From Octopus vulgaris (lineage: Eukaryota): 64,000 bases of DNA. The stretch lies in the NCBI GenBank assembly GCA_951406725.2, contig OX597821.1, forward strand, positions 107,508,001 through 107,572,000, given 5' to 3'. Below are positions 14,954 to 28,463 of this stretch, one piece after another. The position numbers and the translations under genes are program-made. Below the pieces are notes generated by a model. The model was not told the origin of the DNA. It did no database searches and was given only the letters and a program-made list of their open reading frames with translations. The stretch's first letter is position 1, and every line of letters begins with the position of its first letter.

Positions 14954-15017
14954 TTAGAGACAAGTGTTCTTTATATAGAATACACTTCGAAGTGCTCAAG
15001 AGATGTGAACATATATA

Positions 15018-15067
<50 letters not shown>

Positions 15068-15119
15068 GAACGAATGAGAAAGGATTCCTCAGCACTGGCA
15101 TAAAACGTGGATCTCGATA

Positions 15120-15336
15120 TACGCGGGGATGCTGAAAAGTTCCTGACTTTAAGAGCATCACGAAAGATCTGGTTGCAGGCCCAACTCCCCAAGTTCTTTT
15201 ACAGGGTTTAGAAAAACTGAAGGACTACTGCAATAAGTGTGTGAATCTGAGAGCGGAATGTGATGAATAAAATCATAATTAAGTGATCCTCCTGATTTAC
15301 CCAAAGCCAAGAACTGTTCAGTATCCCTTTCTATGT
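15120..15336. mobile_element. Mariner-type MITE
   Basis: Imperfect TIRs GGGATGCTGAAAAGTTCCTGACTTT / AAAGCCAAGAACTGTTCAGTATCCC bounded by TA. A related inverted piece lies at about 15500-15690. Confidence 0.6.
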
Positions 15337-16844
15337 AGTACATGTGTGTGTGTATATTTATTTGAATATTTATCATAAAATTCCCTAATATCGTTCTTAT
15401 TTCACAGCCCACACACTGCAATATAAAACCAGATCACAATGTACTGCGTTCAAATATATTGAATAAGAATATATCTGACAGGAAAAAAATCAATAAATAT
15501 AAATTAAAAGTTATTTTCATTAAAAACTCGAGGTGCTTGGCCTGTCATCTCCTTTTAACACACAAATCCTGTCTAGATTCATACATTTATTGCAGCGGTC
15601 TTTCAGTTTTTCTACGCCCTGTGAAAGAACTCCCAAAGTTGGGCTTTCATAAAGGTTTAAAGGTTTTCGCGTTACCCTTAAAGCTATGAAATATTTGTAT
15701 GTATGTATGTATGTATGTATGTATGTATGTATGTATGTATGTATGTATATATACATATACATACATACATACATACATACATACACACATACATACATAC
15801 ATACATATATACATGTGTATGTATGTATGTATGTATGTATGTATGTATATGTATGTATATATATATACATACATATATACATACATACAAATATTCTATA
15901 ATTGTAAACATAATTATGGAATATTTGTATAATTTTACCTAAAGAGGTTATTTTAAGATTCCGAACTACTTGGTAAAATCATTAATTATTAATTAATTGA
16001 TTGATCGCTTGGCCACCGATGTTGGTGTGTTTACGTCCCCGTAACATACCAGTTCGGTAAAGAAGCCCGTTAGAATAAGTACTAGGTTTAAAATGAATAA
16101 GTCCCAGGGTCGATTCGTTCGACTAAAAGGCGGTGCTCCAGCATAGCCGCAGTCAATTAACTAAAGCAAATAAATGAATAAAAGAATAGAGCGAAAAAGA
16201 TGGTGAAATTAACCGAAACGTGTTTCTTCCATTTTTTTTTCTTTTTGTTCCTTTTCTTCAACTTTCATTATTGGATAGCGAATGTTTTTGGTTTTTTTTT
16301 TTTTTGAGGTGGGGGGGGGGTTATCGGTTTCGTTGCTTCTGTTCCCGCTTCTTATGCTTTCATCGAATTCTTTACTTGCAACAATTCCACTAAGGTGTAA
16401 TTTGGAAATTTAACTCATTACATTTGTTTGGACGTATAATATACCTGTGTTTATATTGAAACCTCCATTTTCTGCTGCGTATTTTATTAAAGAAAAGCAT
16501 ATGTACATTTGTGTTTGTACACACATACACACATACACACACACATACACATATATATATATATATATATACACGCACATACACACATATAGAGAGGCAA
16601 AAGGGGATGGATAGATAGATAGATAGATACATACATACATACATACATACATACATACATACATACATACATACATAGATGAGGTGCAACTGCATTTTCT
16701 TGAAAGTAAACGGTTGTGCTTCATAAAATGAAATGCCATTCACTTCATATGTTTAAACATAAAAGAACCATGTGTGCGCGTGTATATATATTATACATAT
16801 ATATATACATATATATACATATATGTATATACATATATATATAA

Positions 16845-16889
<45 letters not shown>

Positions 16890-16957
16890 TTTATATATAC
16901 ATATATACACATATATATATGTACATATATATATATATGTGTGTGTGTGTATGTATG

Positions 16958-17004
<47 letters not shown>

Positions 17005-17409
17005 ATATATGTATGCATGTATATATATATATATATATATATATATGAAGAGAAAAGAAGTCAGCTAGAATATTGGATAATTATTTCTTAAGCGTTTTCA
17101 TCTCGTTCCAGAGACTCATCAGAATTCATTCTTGAAGAGTCTCTAAAGCCAGATGAAAGACCTAAATAAATGATTATCCAAAATTCTGCCTGCCTTCTTT
17201 GTTCTTTTTTTTTTTTTACTATATAAAACCTGTACACCACAGCAAGCAATCTTTACATATACACACATGCAGAGCTCTTTGCATCTGAAATGCGTATGTA
17301 TGTATGTATGTATGTATGTATGTATGTATGTATGTATACAGGTAGCGACCTGTCAGAGACATGAGAAGTTTGCTTCCCAACCATATGGTTCCGAGTTCAG
17401 TCCCACTGA

Positions 17410-17730
17410 AGTTGGCATACCAATCATGAGCAGTTTTTTCAACTATGGCACCCTCTCCATACACAGCACAAATGCCGTGAGCAGCTTTTGTGGCCTTAGA
17501 GCCTTGGTTAAAAGCAAAAAGAAGGTGTCGAAAATGCTCGTTTTTCCTAACATGGCATTCCATTTTAAGATCTGAAAATAAACAAAAATTAACTAAAATT
17601 AACTAGAAAAAAAAATTCCAAAATGATTCAAAAATAGAATTCTCGAAAAAAAATAGATTCTAAAATTTAAAAACGCAATAAACTCCAAAATTTCAAAAAA
17701 AAACCGTAGGAACTTAGTTGCCAACCAATA
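17410..17730 (-). mobile_element. Mariner 5' fragment (TIR plus N-terminal HTH)
   Basis: TIR-like TATTGGTTGGCAACTAAGTTCC. ORF EHFRHLLFAFNQGSKATKAAHGICAVYGEGAI..TAHDWYANF. Confidence 0.85.
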
Positions 17731-18081
17731 TCATACTCTTGAGCCGAGCAAATCCTTTTGAGCGGATTTGGTAGACGGAAGCTGAAAGAAGCCGTTGTGT
17801 GTGTGTGTGTTTTATGTGTGTGTGTTTATGTGTGTGTGTTTGAGTCAATGTTTCTTTCTACCTCCGCTTGAGAAGCGGTATTGGTGTGTTTATGTCCCCG
17901 TAAATTAGTAGTTCGGCAAAAGGTAGAATGAAATAAACACCAAGCTTTGAAAAAAGTCAAGGACTGGTGTGTTGATTCGTTCCACAAAAATTCTTTAAAG
18001 CGGTGCCCCAGCACGGCCGCAGTCTAATGACTGAAACAAGTAAAATATAAAAAGTAAATGATAAAAGATACACACACACAC

Positions 18082-18148
<67 letters not shown>

Positions 18149-18149
18149 C

Positions 18150-18225
<76 letters not shown>

Positions 18226-18895
18226 GGGTGTACATATATATACATATATACACACATACACATACATACACGTATGTACGCTTTGCACCAATGTATGTCA
18301 TGTGTGCTTGTATGTGTCGTTTTTTTAATGTGGGTGGGTGGGCGCGTGTGTGAGTGTGTTTGCGCGTGCGTTTGTGATACGTTCGCCTGTAAATGAAAAA
18401 CCAGAAGTGTGTATATATACAGGAAGGTAGCTGTATAAACAAATTTATTCAGATGCTATACAGTTTCACACAATAGTTTATATTATTGCGGTTATGTAGG
18501 GTAGCAAAATAGATTGGTGGGATATGGTAAATTCTCTTAGCTTTTCTTACGTTTTTCATCACTCCAGGGGCCATTTCCAAAAGTACAGATAATATTCTGT
18601 CTGCATAATTGGATTTATGTGTCTCTTTTATCCTTTCATATATTTTCTAAGAAACACACAGATGATTGTATATACACTAACGTTAGTTGTGTATTCAAAG
18701 ATGGCGTTTTTGCATCATTTGTACGACAAGTGTTGTGACTGAGAAAAATCAACGAAATAATTTGTACTGGATGTGAATTTTGGAGCAAATATTTCGTACT
18801 AGTTTTTATAGAATCTTGGCTTCATTCTAAAGAATGGGTGTATTTACCAAGAAGAATTTCATTAATAAAACAATCCGTTAGTATCACTTAACACT

Positions 18896-18949
<54 letters not shown>

Positions 18950-20416
18950 CTCTCTATCTCTATCTATCTATCTATCTATCATCTATCTATCGCTCCCTCT
19001 CTCTTTCTCTTTGTAGATGCATACATGTGTGTGTAGGTGTATATATATATATATATATATTTATATATACATACATTTATATGTGTATGTGTATGTATGT
19101 GTATACACATGAATGTAAATGTATATATACACATATATATATATAACGACAAAAATCTGAATAGAAGTACATGTAAATATTTATATGTGTGTGTGAAGTG
19201 ATAGATGGAGAGAGAGAAAGATGTATTTATATATATTACAATGTGACATGTCTGTTTAAGTATATACAATCATGTGTGTGTGTGTGAGTGAGTTTGTGTG
19301 TGTGGTGGAGTGACCTTATGGGAGTGTACACATGCGTATTTGTACGTCAGTTTGTAGGAACCTCGTGTATTCTGTCTCACTTATATGCTCTTTTCTCAAT
19401 CTTACGCATGCCACAGTTTATTTTCTTATTGGTTCATCTGCAATATTTCAAGCAATCTTGTAAGCTCAAAATCTTAGTTGACACTCAATAACAATAAACA
19501 AAACATCACCATAGAGAAGTTACGATAACCATTTCGATGCACAAGTCTTTAACTATCGTCACTTGATATTCACCTAAGGGAAATAAACAGATTTCTGAAG
19601 TGGAGAGTTTTAGAAGTTGTGTTATAAATTGCGTTTCATATTACCATATTTTTTAGCCAGCCTTATTTCTATAATGGTTTTTTACAGAAATATACACATG
19701 TATAAGAAGGCTGTAGGGTGAACTGTTGAAAGCTTTCAGTTAAGCGTGTATACATATTTAACAAGCCTAAAAAGACAGAAATAATCACTTGGCAAAACAT
19801 AATCCAGTGAGTTGGTAAGAAGTTTGCTTCATAACTACGTGGTTCTGGTTTCAGTTCCACTTCGTGGTACCTCGGATTCGGCAGAAAGAAGCTACTGTAT
19901 GTGTATGTGCAAGTCTGTGTGTGAGTTTATTCGCTATCACCACTTAACTACTGGTATTTGTGTGTTTACGTCCCCGTAACTTAGCAATTCGGCAGCAGTG
20001 ACTGCCGGGCCTTAAGAAAAGTAGCATGGTCGAAAAAGACTACCGGGCTTTGGGAAAAGTACCAAGGTTCAATGCTCCAGCATGACTGCCCTCTAATGCC
20101 TGAGGCAGGTAAAAGATAATAGATGATATTTTGGTGGAAAGCTTTATTTCAGTCAGTTTAAAATATAAAGTGTGTATCATAAAACCAGTGAAGTTTTGGA
20201 ATGGATTGCTATCAAAAGAGTTGATGCATCTCAAGCCAGCGAGGAGGTCTCTTCAGGATAATTTATCCTTCAAGAACATAGCCACAAAATTTCTCTAATA
20301 TCACATCCCTGCAACCTTGAAAAGAGGTCATTCATATTAGACTGTGTGGACCTAGATACACTATGCATGGAAGCAAGGGAAACGTAGTAATTGCGTCATA
20401 GGTAAGATTGATTGTG

Positions 20417-20722
20417 AAGGCGCCATGGCCCAGTGGCTAGGGCAGCGGACTCGCGGTCGGAGGATCGCAGTTTCGATTCCCAGACCGGGCGTTGTGTGTG
20501 TTTATTGAGCGAAAACATCTAAAAAAAAAGCTCCACGAGGCTCCGGCAGTGGGTGGTGGCGACCCCTGTTTTACTCTTTCGCCACAACTTACTCTCACTC
20601 TCTCTTTCTGTTTCCTGAGTAACGCTGCGATGGACTGGCGTCCCGTCCAGCTGGGGGGAACACATACGCCACAGAAATCGGGAAACCGGGCCCATGAGCC
20701 TAGCTAGGCTTGAAAAGAGCGA
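20417..20722 (+). mobile_element. tRNA-derived SINE (family A head, GCGATGGACTGGCGTCCCGTCCAG tail)
   Basis: A-box TGGCCCAGTGG and B-box GTTTCGATTCC. Tail shared with 4486-4784. Confidence 0.85.
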
Positions 20723-22302
20723 TGTTTAACGTTAATCGTTTAAGATTGATCAGAATTGAACTGTGTCGAAACAACAGCAAAAAAGTGGCAAAAAGATTTA
20801 GTGTATTTTAGGGTATATTGTTCCATAAGACTAAATTAAAAGGAGGGTTGTACCACGCAATTTCTAATATTGTATCTATTAGTGAGTGAGGTTAAAGGTA
20901 TTTCTTATCTAACAAATATTATACTTAAAACCTAACAATTACTTCAACCGGCATTATTGTGATAATCTGTACAAATATTGACAGAATGTTCACCGTATGG
21001 TATGGTGAAGAAATGAATAATGATATTTTGTGTAAAAGCGTTTAAAATATCAAGTGAATCTATACATTTTTTCTTAAAATTCTGCTTAAAGTTGTTTTCA
21101 TTTGTGTTTGAAGGCAAATAAAATCATAACAAAAACCAAATGCATGACAAAGATATATTAACATAATACATTATCCATTTATTAACTACAGTTCTATAAG
21201 AAAACATTTTGTGCTTTTTCATACATTGAGTAATGTTTTTAGTGGACTTTGTATATCTTGATGCATACGCACACACACATATATATGTATGTATATATAT
21301 ATATGTGTGGGGGGGTATCTACAATCCGACGATGGTTTAACTTGTCGAAACTTCGAACTCATAGTCAATTATATTCATGTTGAAAAGTAATATATATATA
21401 TACGCATGTATGTATTTATAAGAATATACACATAGATATATGAATATATATCAGTAACTGCGTATATAATATATACATTTATATGTGTGCGTGTGTGCGT
21501 TTATGGATGTGTGTGCGTGTGAGCGTGTGTGTGCCTGTACATATATGTTTGTGCATATTATATATAAATGTATAGATATGATTTGTGTTGTGCATGCGTG
21601 TCGTTTCTGGGAGTGTATGCATATGTTTGTATATGAATGTGGTGGGGGATCATCCATTTGTATAAATCTTACATGTTGTAGCTCACATAAACACTATTTT
21701 TCTCAACCAGAAGCATGCCGCAAATTGTTTTTTTCCATACGGTTCATCTGCAATATTTCAAACAATCTTGTAAGCTCAAAAGTCTTAGTTGACACTCAAT
21801 AATAATAAACAAAACATCATCATAGAGAAGATACGTTAGCAATTTCGATGCACAAGACTTTCATTGTCGTCACTTGATATTCACCTAAGGGAAATAAACA
21901 GATTTCTAAAGTGGAGAGTTTTAGAAGTTGCGTTTCATATTATCATTCTTTTTTTTTTTTTTTTTTCATTTAGCTTTTGTTCTGTAATTATTTTTTTACA
22001 GATACATAAACATTTATATGTGAATCTGCAGGCTGAATTGAGGCACGCTAATAGTTAAGAGCGGAAATATATTTAACGAAGTAGAAAAACACTGGAATAA
22101 CCAGAATCATTTCGCAACGGAATGGAACCAAATAGCTTTTTGTTTAATTTGAGACGTTTGAAAATAATTGTTCTGATGTATCGCTTGTGTCTCACTTAGC
22201 TATATCGATCTCTGTAGTGTGTCAAGACAGACGAAATATCGTTGAGCATTTCGCTCGGCGTGCTAACGTTTCTGCCTGCACGCCGCCTTTCATAATAATA
22301 AC

Positions 22303-22362
<60 letters not shown>

Positions 22363-22367
22363 TTGGA

Positions 22368-22752
22368 TTGGAAGCACTCCGTCGGTTACGACGATGAGGG
22401 TTCCGGTTGATCCGAATCAACGGAACAGTCTGCTCGTGGAATTAACGTGTAAGTGGCTGAGCACTCCACAGACACGTGCACGCTTAACGTAGTTCTCGGG
22501 GATATTCAGCGTGACACAGAGAGTGACAAGGTCGGCCCCTTGAAATACAGGTACAACATAAACAGGAAGTAAGAGTGAGAGAAAGTTGTGGTGAAAGAGT
22601 ACAGCAGGGATCACCACCATCCCCTGCCGGAGCCTCGTGGAGCTTTAGGTGTTTTCGCTCAATAAACACTCACAACGCCCGGTCTGGGAATCGAAACCAC
22701 GATCCTATGACCGCGAGTCCGCTGCCCTAACCACTGGGCCATTGCGCCTCCA
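22368..22752 (-). mobile_element. Full-length SINE family A lying within (AAT)n
   Basis: GGAGGCGCAATGGCCCAGTGGTTAGGGCAGCGGACTCGCGGTC...GTTTCGATTCC head. 3' end ACCGACGGAGTGCTTCCAA. Confidence 0.9.
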
Positions 22753-22788
<36 letters not shown>

Positions 22789-23266
22789 CCTTTCTACTAT
22801 AGGCACAAGGCCTGAAATTTGGATGTAGGGAGCTAGTCGAGTACATCGACCCCAGTGTTTCACTGGTATTTCATTTATCGATCCCGAAAGGATGAAACGC
22901 AAAGTCAACCACAGTGAATTTTGAACTCAGACGAAATACCGCTAAACATTCCGCCCGGCGCACTAACGATTCTTTTCTACTCAAGGCACAAGGACCGAAA
23001 TTGGGGGGGGCAGCCAATCGATTATACTGACCCCAGTACGTAACTGGTACTTAATTTATTGACCCCGGGAGGATGAAAGGCAAAGTCGACCTCAGCGGAA
23101 TTTGAACTCAGAACGTAGCGGCAGACGAAATACCGCTAAGCATTTCGCCCAGCGCGCTAACGTTTCTGTAAGCTCGCCGCCTTTCACAATAATAATAATA
23201 ATAATGATGAAGATGACGATGATGATTATGATGATGATGAGTAGGAGGAGGAGGAGGAGGAGGAGG

Positions 23267-23309
<43 letters not shown>

Positions 23310-23837
23310 TGATGATGATGATGATGAATAAGTAATCTTCGCATCTAAGGTTACTTGTAACCCTAGGCTTGGAATTTTTCTTTTCCAATCGTTTAATCTG
23401 TGGTGCGTATATAAATTAATAATATCTTCAATTTTAATTATGCTAAACAATGAAAACTAGCACCTTATTTGCCTTTTGGGCATTTGTCGCTTCAATTATT
23501 TACATTTCAAGTTCTATTGCTCATTCGTCTATAGTTTTTGCCTTAAATAATATATTTAAAGAAGCTCCTAGGGGCTTCTAAATGAGAACTGTCTTTCCAG
23601 ACGTACAGACAGGGCCATATGTGTGGGTATGTATTTATCTATGTTTGTATGAGTATGAATATATGTATATGTGTATGTATAGTGGCTGTGTGGTAAGTAG
23701 CTTGTTTACCAACCACATGGTTCCAGGTTCAGTCCCACTGCGTGGCACCTTGGGCAGGTGTCTTCTACTATAGCCTCGGGCCGACCAAAGCCTTGTGAGT
23801 AGATTTGGTAGACGGAAACTGAAAGAAGCCCGTCGTA

Positions 23838-23890
<53 letters not shown>

Positions 23891-24112
23891 GTGTGTGTGT
23901 TTGTGTGTCTGTGTTTGTCCCCTTAGCATTGCTTGACAACCGATGCTGGTGTGTTTATGTCCCTGTAACTTAGCGGTTGGGCAAAAAGAGACCGATAGAA
24001 TAAGTACTGGGCTTACAAAGAATAAGTCCCGAGGTCGATTTGTTCGACTAAAGGCGGTGCTCAAGCATGGCCGCAGTCAAATGACTGAAACAAGTAAAAG
24101 AGTAAAGAGAGA

Positions 24113-24143
<31 letters not shown>

Positions 24144-24252
24144 TATATATAGATATAGAGAGAGCGAGGGAGAGAGAAAGAGAGTTATAGAGAGATAGAG
24201 AGAGATACAGAGCTAGACAGATAGATAGATACACACATGCACACATTCATAT

Positions 24253-24292
<40 letters not shown>

Positions 24293-24294
<2 letters not shown>

Positions 24295-24703
24295 CGCAGG
24301 AGTGGCTGTGTGGTAAGTAGCTTGTTTACCAACCACATGGTTCCGGGTTCAGTCCCACTGCGTGGCATCTTGGGCAAGTGTCTTCTGCTATAGCCCCGGG
24401 CTGACCAATGCCTTGTGAGTGGATTTGGTAGACGGAAACTGAAAGAAGCCTGTCGTATATATGTATATATATATATATGTATGTGTGTGTGTATGTGTGT
24501 CTGTGTTTGTTCCCCTAGCATTGCTTGACAACCGATACTGGTGTGTTTACGTCCCCGTCACTTAGCGGTTCGGCAAAAAGAGACCGATAGAATAAGTACT
24601 GGGCTTACAAAAAGAATAAGTCCCGGGGTCGAGTTGCTCGACTAAAGGCGGTGCTCCAGCATGGCCGCAGTCAAACGACTGAAACTAGTAAAAGAGTAAA
24701 AGA
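24293..24703 (+). mobile_element. SINE family B (CORE-like block, internal TA/TG microsatellite)
   Basis: GGCGCAGGAGTGGCTGTGTGGTAAG...CTTGGGCAAGTG...GGCGGTGCTCCAGCATGGCCGCAG...(GTAAAAGA)n. More than 12 copies, e.g. 23681, 33918, 39852, 45994, 48220, 49112 and 57111 on +; 25360, 27930 and 59120 on -. Confidence 0.9.
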
Positions 24704-24833
24704 ATATACATACATATTATATATCTACATATATATAGATAGAGAGAGAGGGGGAGAGAGAGAAAGAGAGGTATAGAGCGATAGAGAGAGATAGACAGAT
24801 AGATAGATACACACATGCACACATACATATACA

Positions 24834-24872
<39 letters not shown>

Positions 24873-27181
24873 TATATGCATTATATATGTATGTATATGT
24901 ATATATATGTATGTCTGTGAGCTTATACATATATGCATATGTATGTGTGTATATATGTGTGTGCGTGTTTTGAGTGTGTGTGTGTGTATACGTATGTAAT
25001 TGTGTATGTATGTATGTATGAGCATGTGTTTGCGTGTGTGTTTCCAAAAGCGAATCAAAAATCTTTGCAACGCGTTTTAGCTGAAAGGGAAAGATAACGA
25101 AAGTACAGAGTATGACAGAAAAATAGTGTGAGCGCATAAGTGTGATATAGGAAATTGTTGACTGAGAGGGAAAGTGAGAGTAGACGATTGTGTGGGACGT
25201 CAACAGATTGCAATCCCCGCACAAACATAATTACAAAAATATGTGCATCTGTCAACCGATTACATTTTACAGAGACGTGCAAAGTCGGACACATCTAAAT
25301 ACAAATACAAAAATCTGTAGATGTATCATGGAATTGACCAAAACCCATATCTATATGTTCTTTTATTCTTTTAATTCTTTTGACTTGACTGCGGCCATGC
25401 TGGAGCACCGCTTTTAGTATAGCAAATCCCAGGACTTATTCTTTGATAGCCTAGTACTTATTCTATCTGTCGCTTTTGCAGAACTGCTAAGTTACGGGGA
25501 CGTAAACAAACCAACATCGGTTGTCAAGTGATGGTGGTTTTACAAACACAGACACACAAAAACCTACATATATATATATATATATATACGACGGGCTTCT
25601 TTCAGTTTCCGTCTACCAAATCTACACACAAAGCTTTGGTCGGTCCGAGGCTACAGTAGAAGGCACTTCTCCAGTGTGCCACGCAGTGGGACTGAAACCG
25701 GAACCATGTGGTTGGGAAGCAAGATTCTTACCACACAGCTACTACTGAGCCTTTATATTCATAACAAGATATATCTGTATATTCATAACAAGATATACAG
25801 ACTTATATATAAAGTGATGTGTGTGTATGTCGGTGTGTGTATAACATAGTTCTTAAACTATATTGCACGCTGAATATAATATATAATTTAAGCAATTTAT
25901 ATACTATCATGAGTCTGCCTATATATTATATTTATCATTTCCACTATAGGCACAAGGTTTGGAATTTGAGGTTAAGGGGTCGAGTCGAATACATCGACCT
26001 CAGAGCTGAGTTAATATTTATTTTATCAATCCCGAAACGATCGAAGACAAAGTCGACATCGGCGGTTATTGAACCCAGAACACGAAGACGGATGAAATGC
26101 CGCTAAGTATTTTGTTCGACACGCCAACAATTCTGTCAGTTCGTCACCTTAATAATAATCCTTTCTATTATAGGCAGAAGGCTTAAAATTTGGGAGAAGC
26201 GGGTAAATCGATTACCCCGACTTCAGGGCTTCACTGGTACTTAATTTATCGGCACCGAAAGGATGAAGGGCAAAGTGGACCTCAGCGGAATTGAAATTCA
26301 AAATGTAAAAGCGGAACAAATGCTGCTGTGGATATATAAATGTGGGTGCATGTGATGCAGATAATACTATGAAACCTTCCCCTGTTCTAATTTTAGAGTA
26401 ATGTATTTCAGTGGCAAAACAATATTTAATTTATATATTGCAGTGAGCTTTTCAGTTGAATCGGTTGCGCAACTTTAGGGCGGCTTTAATGTTAATTATT
26501 TTAATTATTCACTAGAGAGCCATATTCACATGTGTGTTGTATTATCTTTCGCCCACAAAAACCATCAGATCTTTCAATAATAGAATGAAACGCTGGAACA
26601 AATTACATTTACTTTCATCCATTATACAAATGATATCAGAAATCTGCTGTGATTAATGATTGAAAAATCTTGTCAAAATCGATAATTATTTCGTTTACTT
26701 AGAAACCAAAGCAGAAAAGACTACATGAAAATTTGTGATGTTGCTGAAGATACAGGCAACATCACCAGCGGAAATGGAGCAAAATGAAAAGCACGGGTTC
26801 GAATCTGGTTTCGGAAACGCTTTTCATTCTTGAATAGAAGCGATAGGAAAAAATTCTTTACGATCGCTTGACATGCTAGTAATAACTCTTTCAACTTTTG
26901 GCACGAGGCCTAAGATTTGCGAGAAAGGGGCCAATCACTTACATCAACCCTAGTTTTCAACTCGCATTCATTTTATTGGTCTCGAAAAGATGAAGAGCAA
27001 AGTAGACCTCGGTGGAATGTGAACACGAAACCTAAAACCAGAAGAAATGCCGCTAAGCATAAGCGCCTGTCCGGCGTGCTAACGATTCTGCCAGATCTCC
27101 ACCCCTATCATGCTAGTAATAATCCTTTCTAATATTGACACAAGGCCAGCAGTTTTTTTGAGGTGGTGGTGGTGGTGGTGA

Positions 27182-27228
<47 letters not shown>

Positions 27229-27329
27229 TAACATCCATATTTCTTGTTTAACTTGAGAGTATCAAATGACCGCTGTTATATTTACTCTTTGCATTTTCCG
27301 ATTCTTGATAACAGAGAGAGAAACAAATC

Positions 27330-27395
<66 letters not shown>

Positions 27396-28408
27396 TATTT
27401 ATTGATCTAAAAGAGTGCGTGGTTAATTTGATTTCTATACGTGATTAACAAACAAAAATCTAAAACCAAGATATGGTTAACAATATTGACTTTGGAAACG
27501 ATAAAGAACATCGCCAATAATTATACAACTGACTCGCTAATGGACTCTAAGAAAGGATATATATTTACTGTGTTTTAATTGTGAATTCATTGTCGTAATC
27601 TCTCCATCTAGTTTCACTTATTCTTTCTCATTCATGCAACAGTTTCTCGATTACCACCGTGTATTTTTTTCTCTACACATGCAACTGCAAACATTTCCAC
27701 AGATACACCCCCAGCCAGCCAGCCAGACGCTCAGTCGGACATTTACACATACATGCAAGCATACATGCGTATGTGGAGGCATACATACATACATATATAT
27801 AATATATACACGCACAAAAGCACAAAAATACAGAATAAATAGCGATGCTGATAGGACTTAAATTTGTTTTACAGATTTGAATCAAGAATTCTCGCATGCA
27901 GATAGATACACATACATACAAATACATATTCTTTCATTTTTTTTTCTGTCATTTGACTGAGGTCATGCTGAAGCACTGCCTTTAGTCGAACAAATCGACC
28001 CCAGGACATATTCTTTGTAAGCTTAGTACTTATTCTATTGATCTGTTTTGTCGAACCGCTAGGTTCTAGGGACGTAAACACACCTGCATCCGCTATCAAG
28101 CGATGTTGCAGGGACAAACACAGACACACACATACGTACATATATACGACGGGTTTCTTTCAGTTTCCGTCTACCAAATCCACTCACAGGGCTTAATAGT
28201 AGATAATAGTAGAAGACGCTTGCCCAAGGTGCCACGCAGTGGGACTGAATCCGGAACCATGTCGTTGGGGAGCAAATTTCTTACCACACAACCACTCCTG
28301 CGCCTATACATACATGTATAGGCGCGTGCATGTTTCTGTTTGTGTGTGTGTGTGTTTGTGTATGTTGTGTCTGTGTGTGTGTGTGTGTGTTTGTGTGTAT
28401 ATATATTA

Positions 28409-28463
<55 letters not shown>

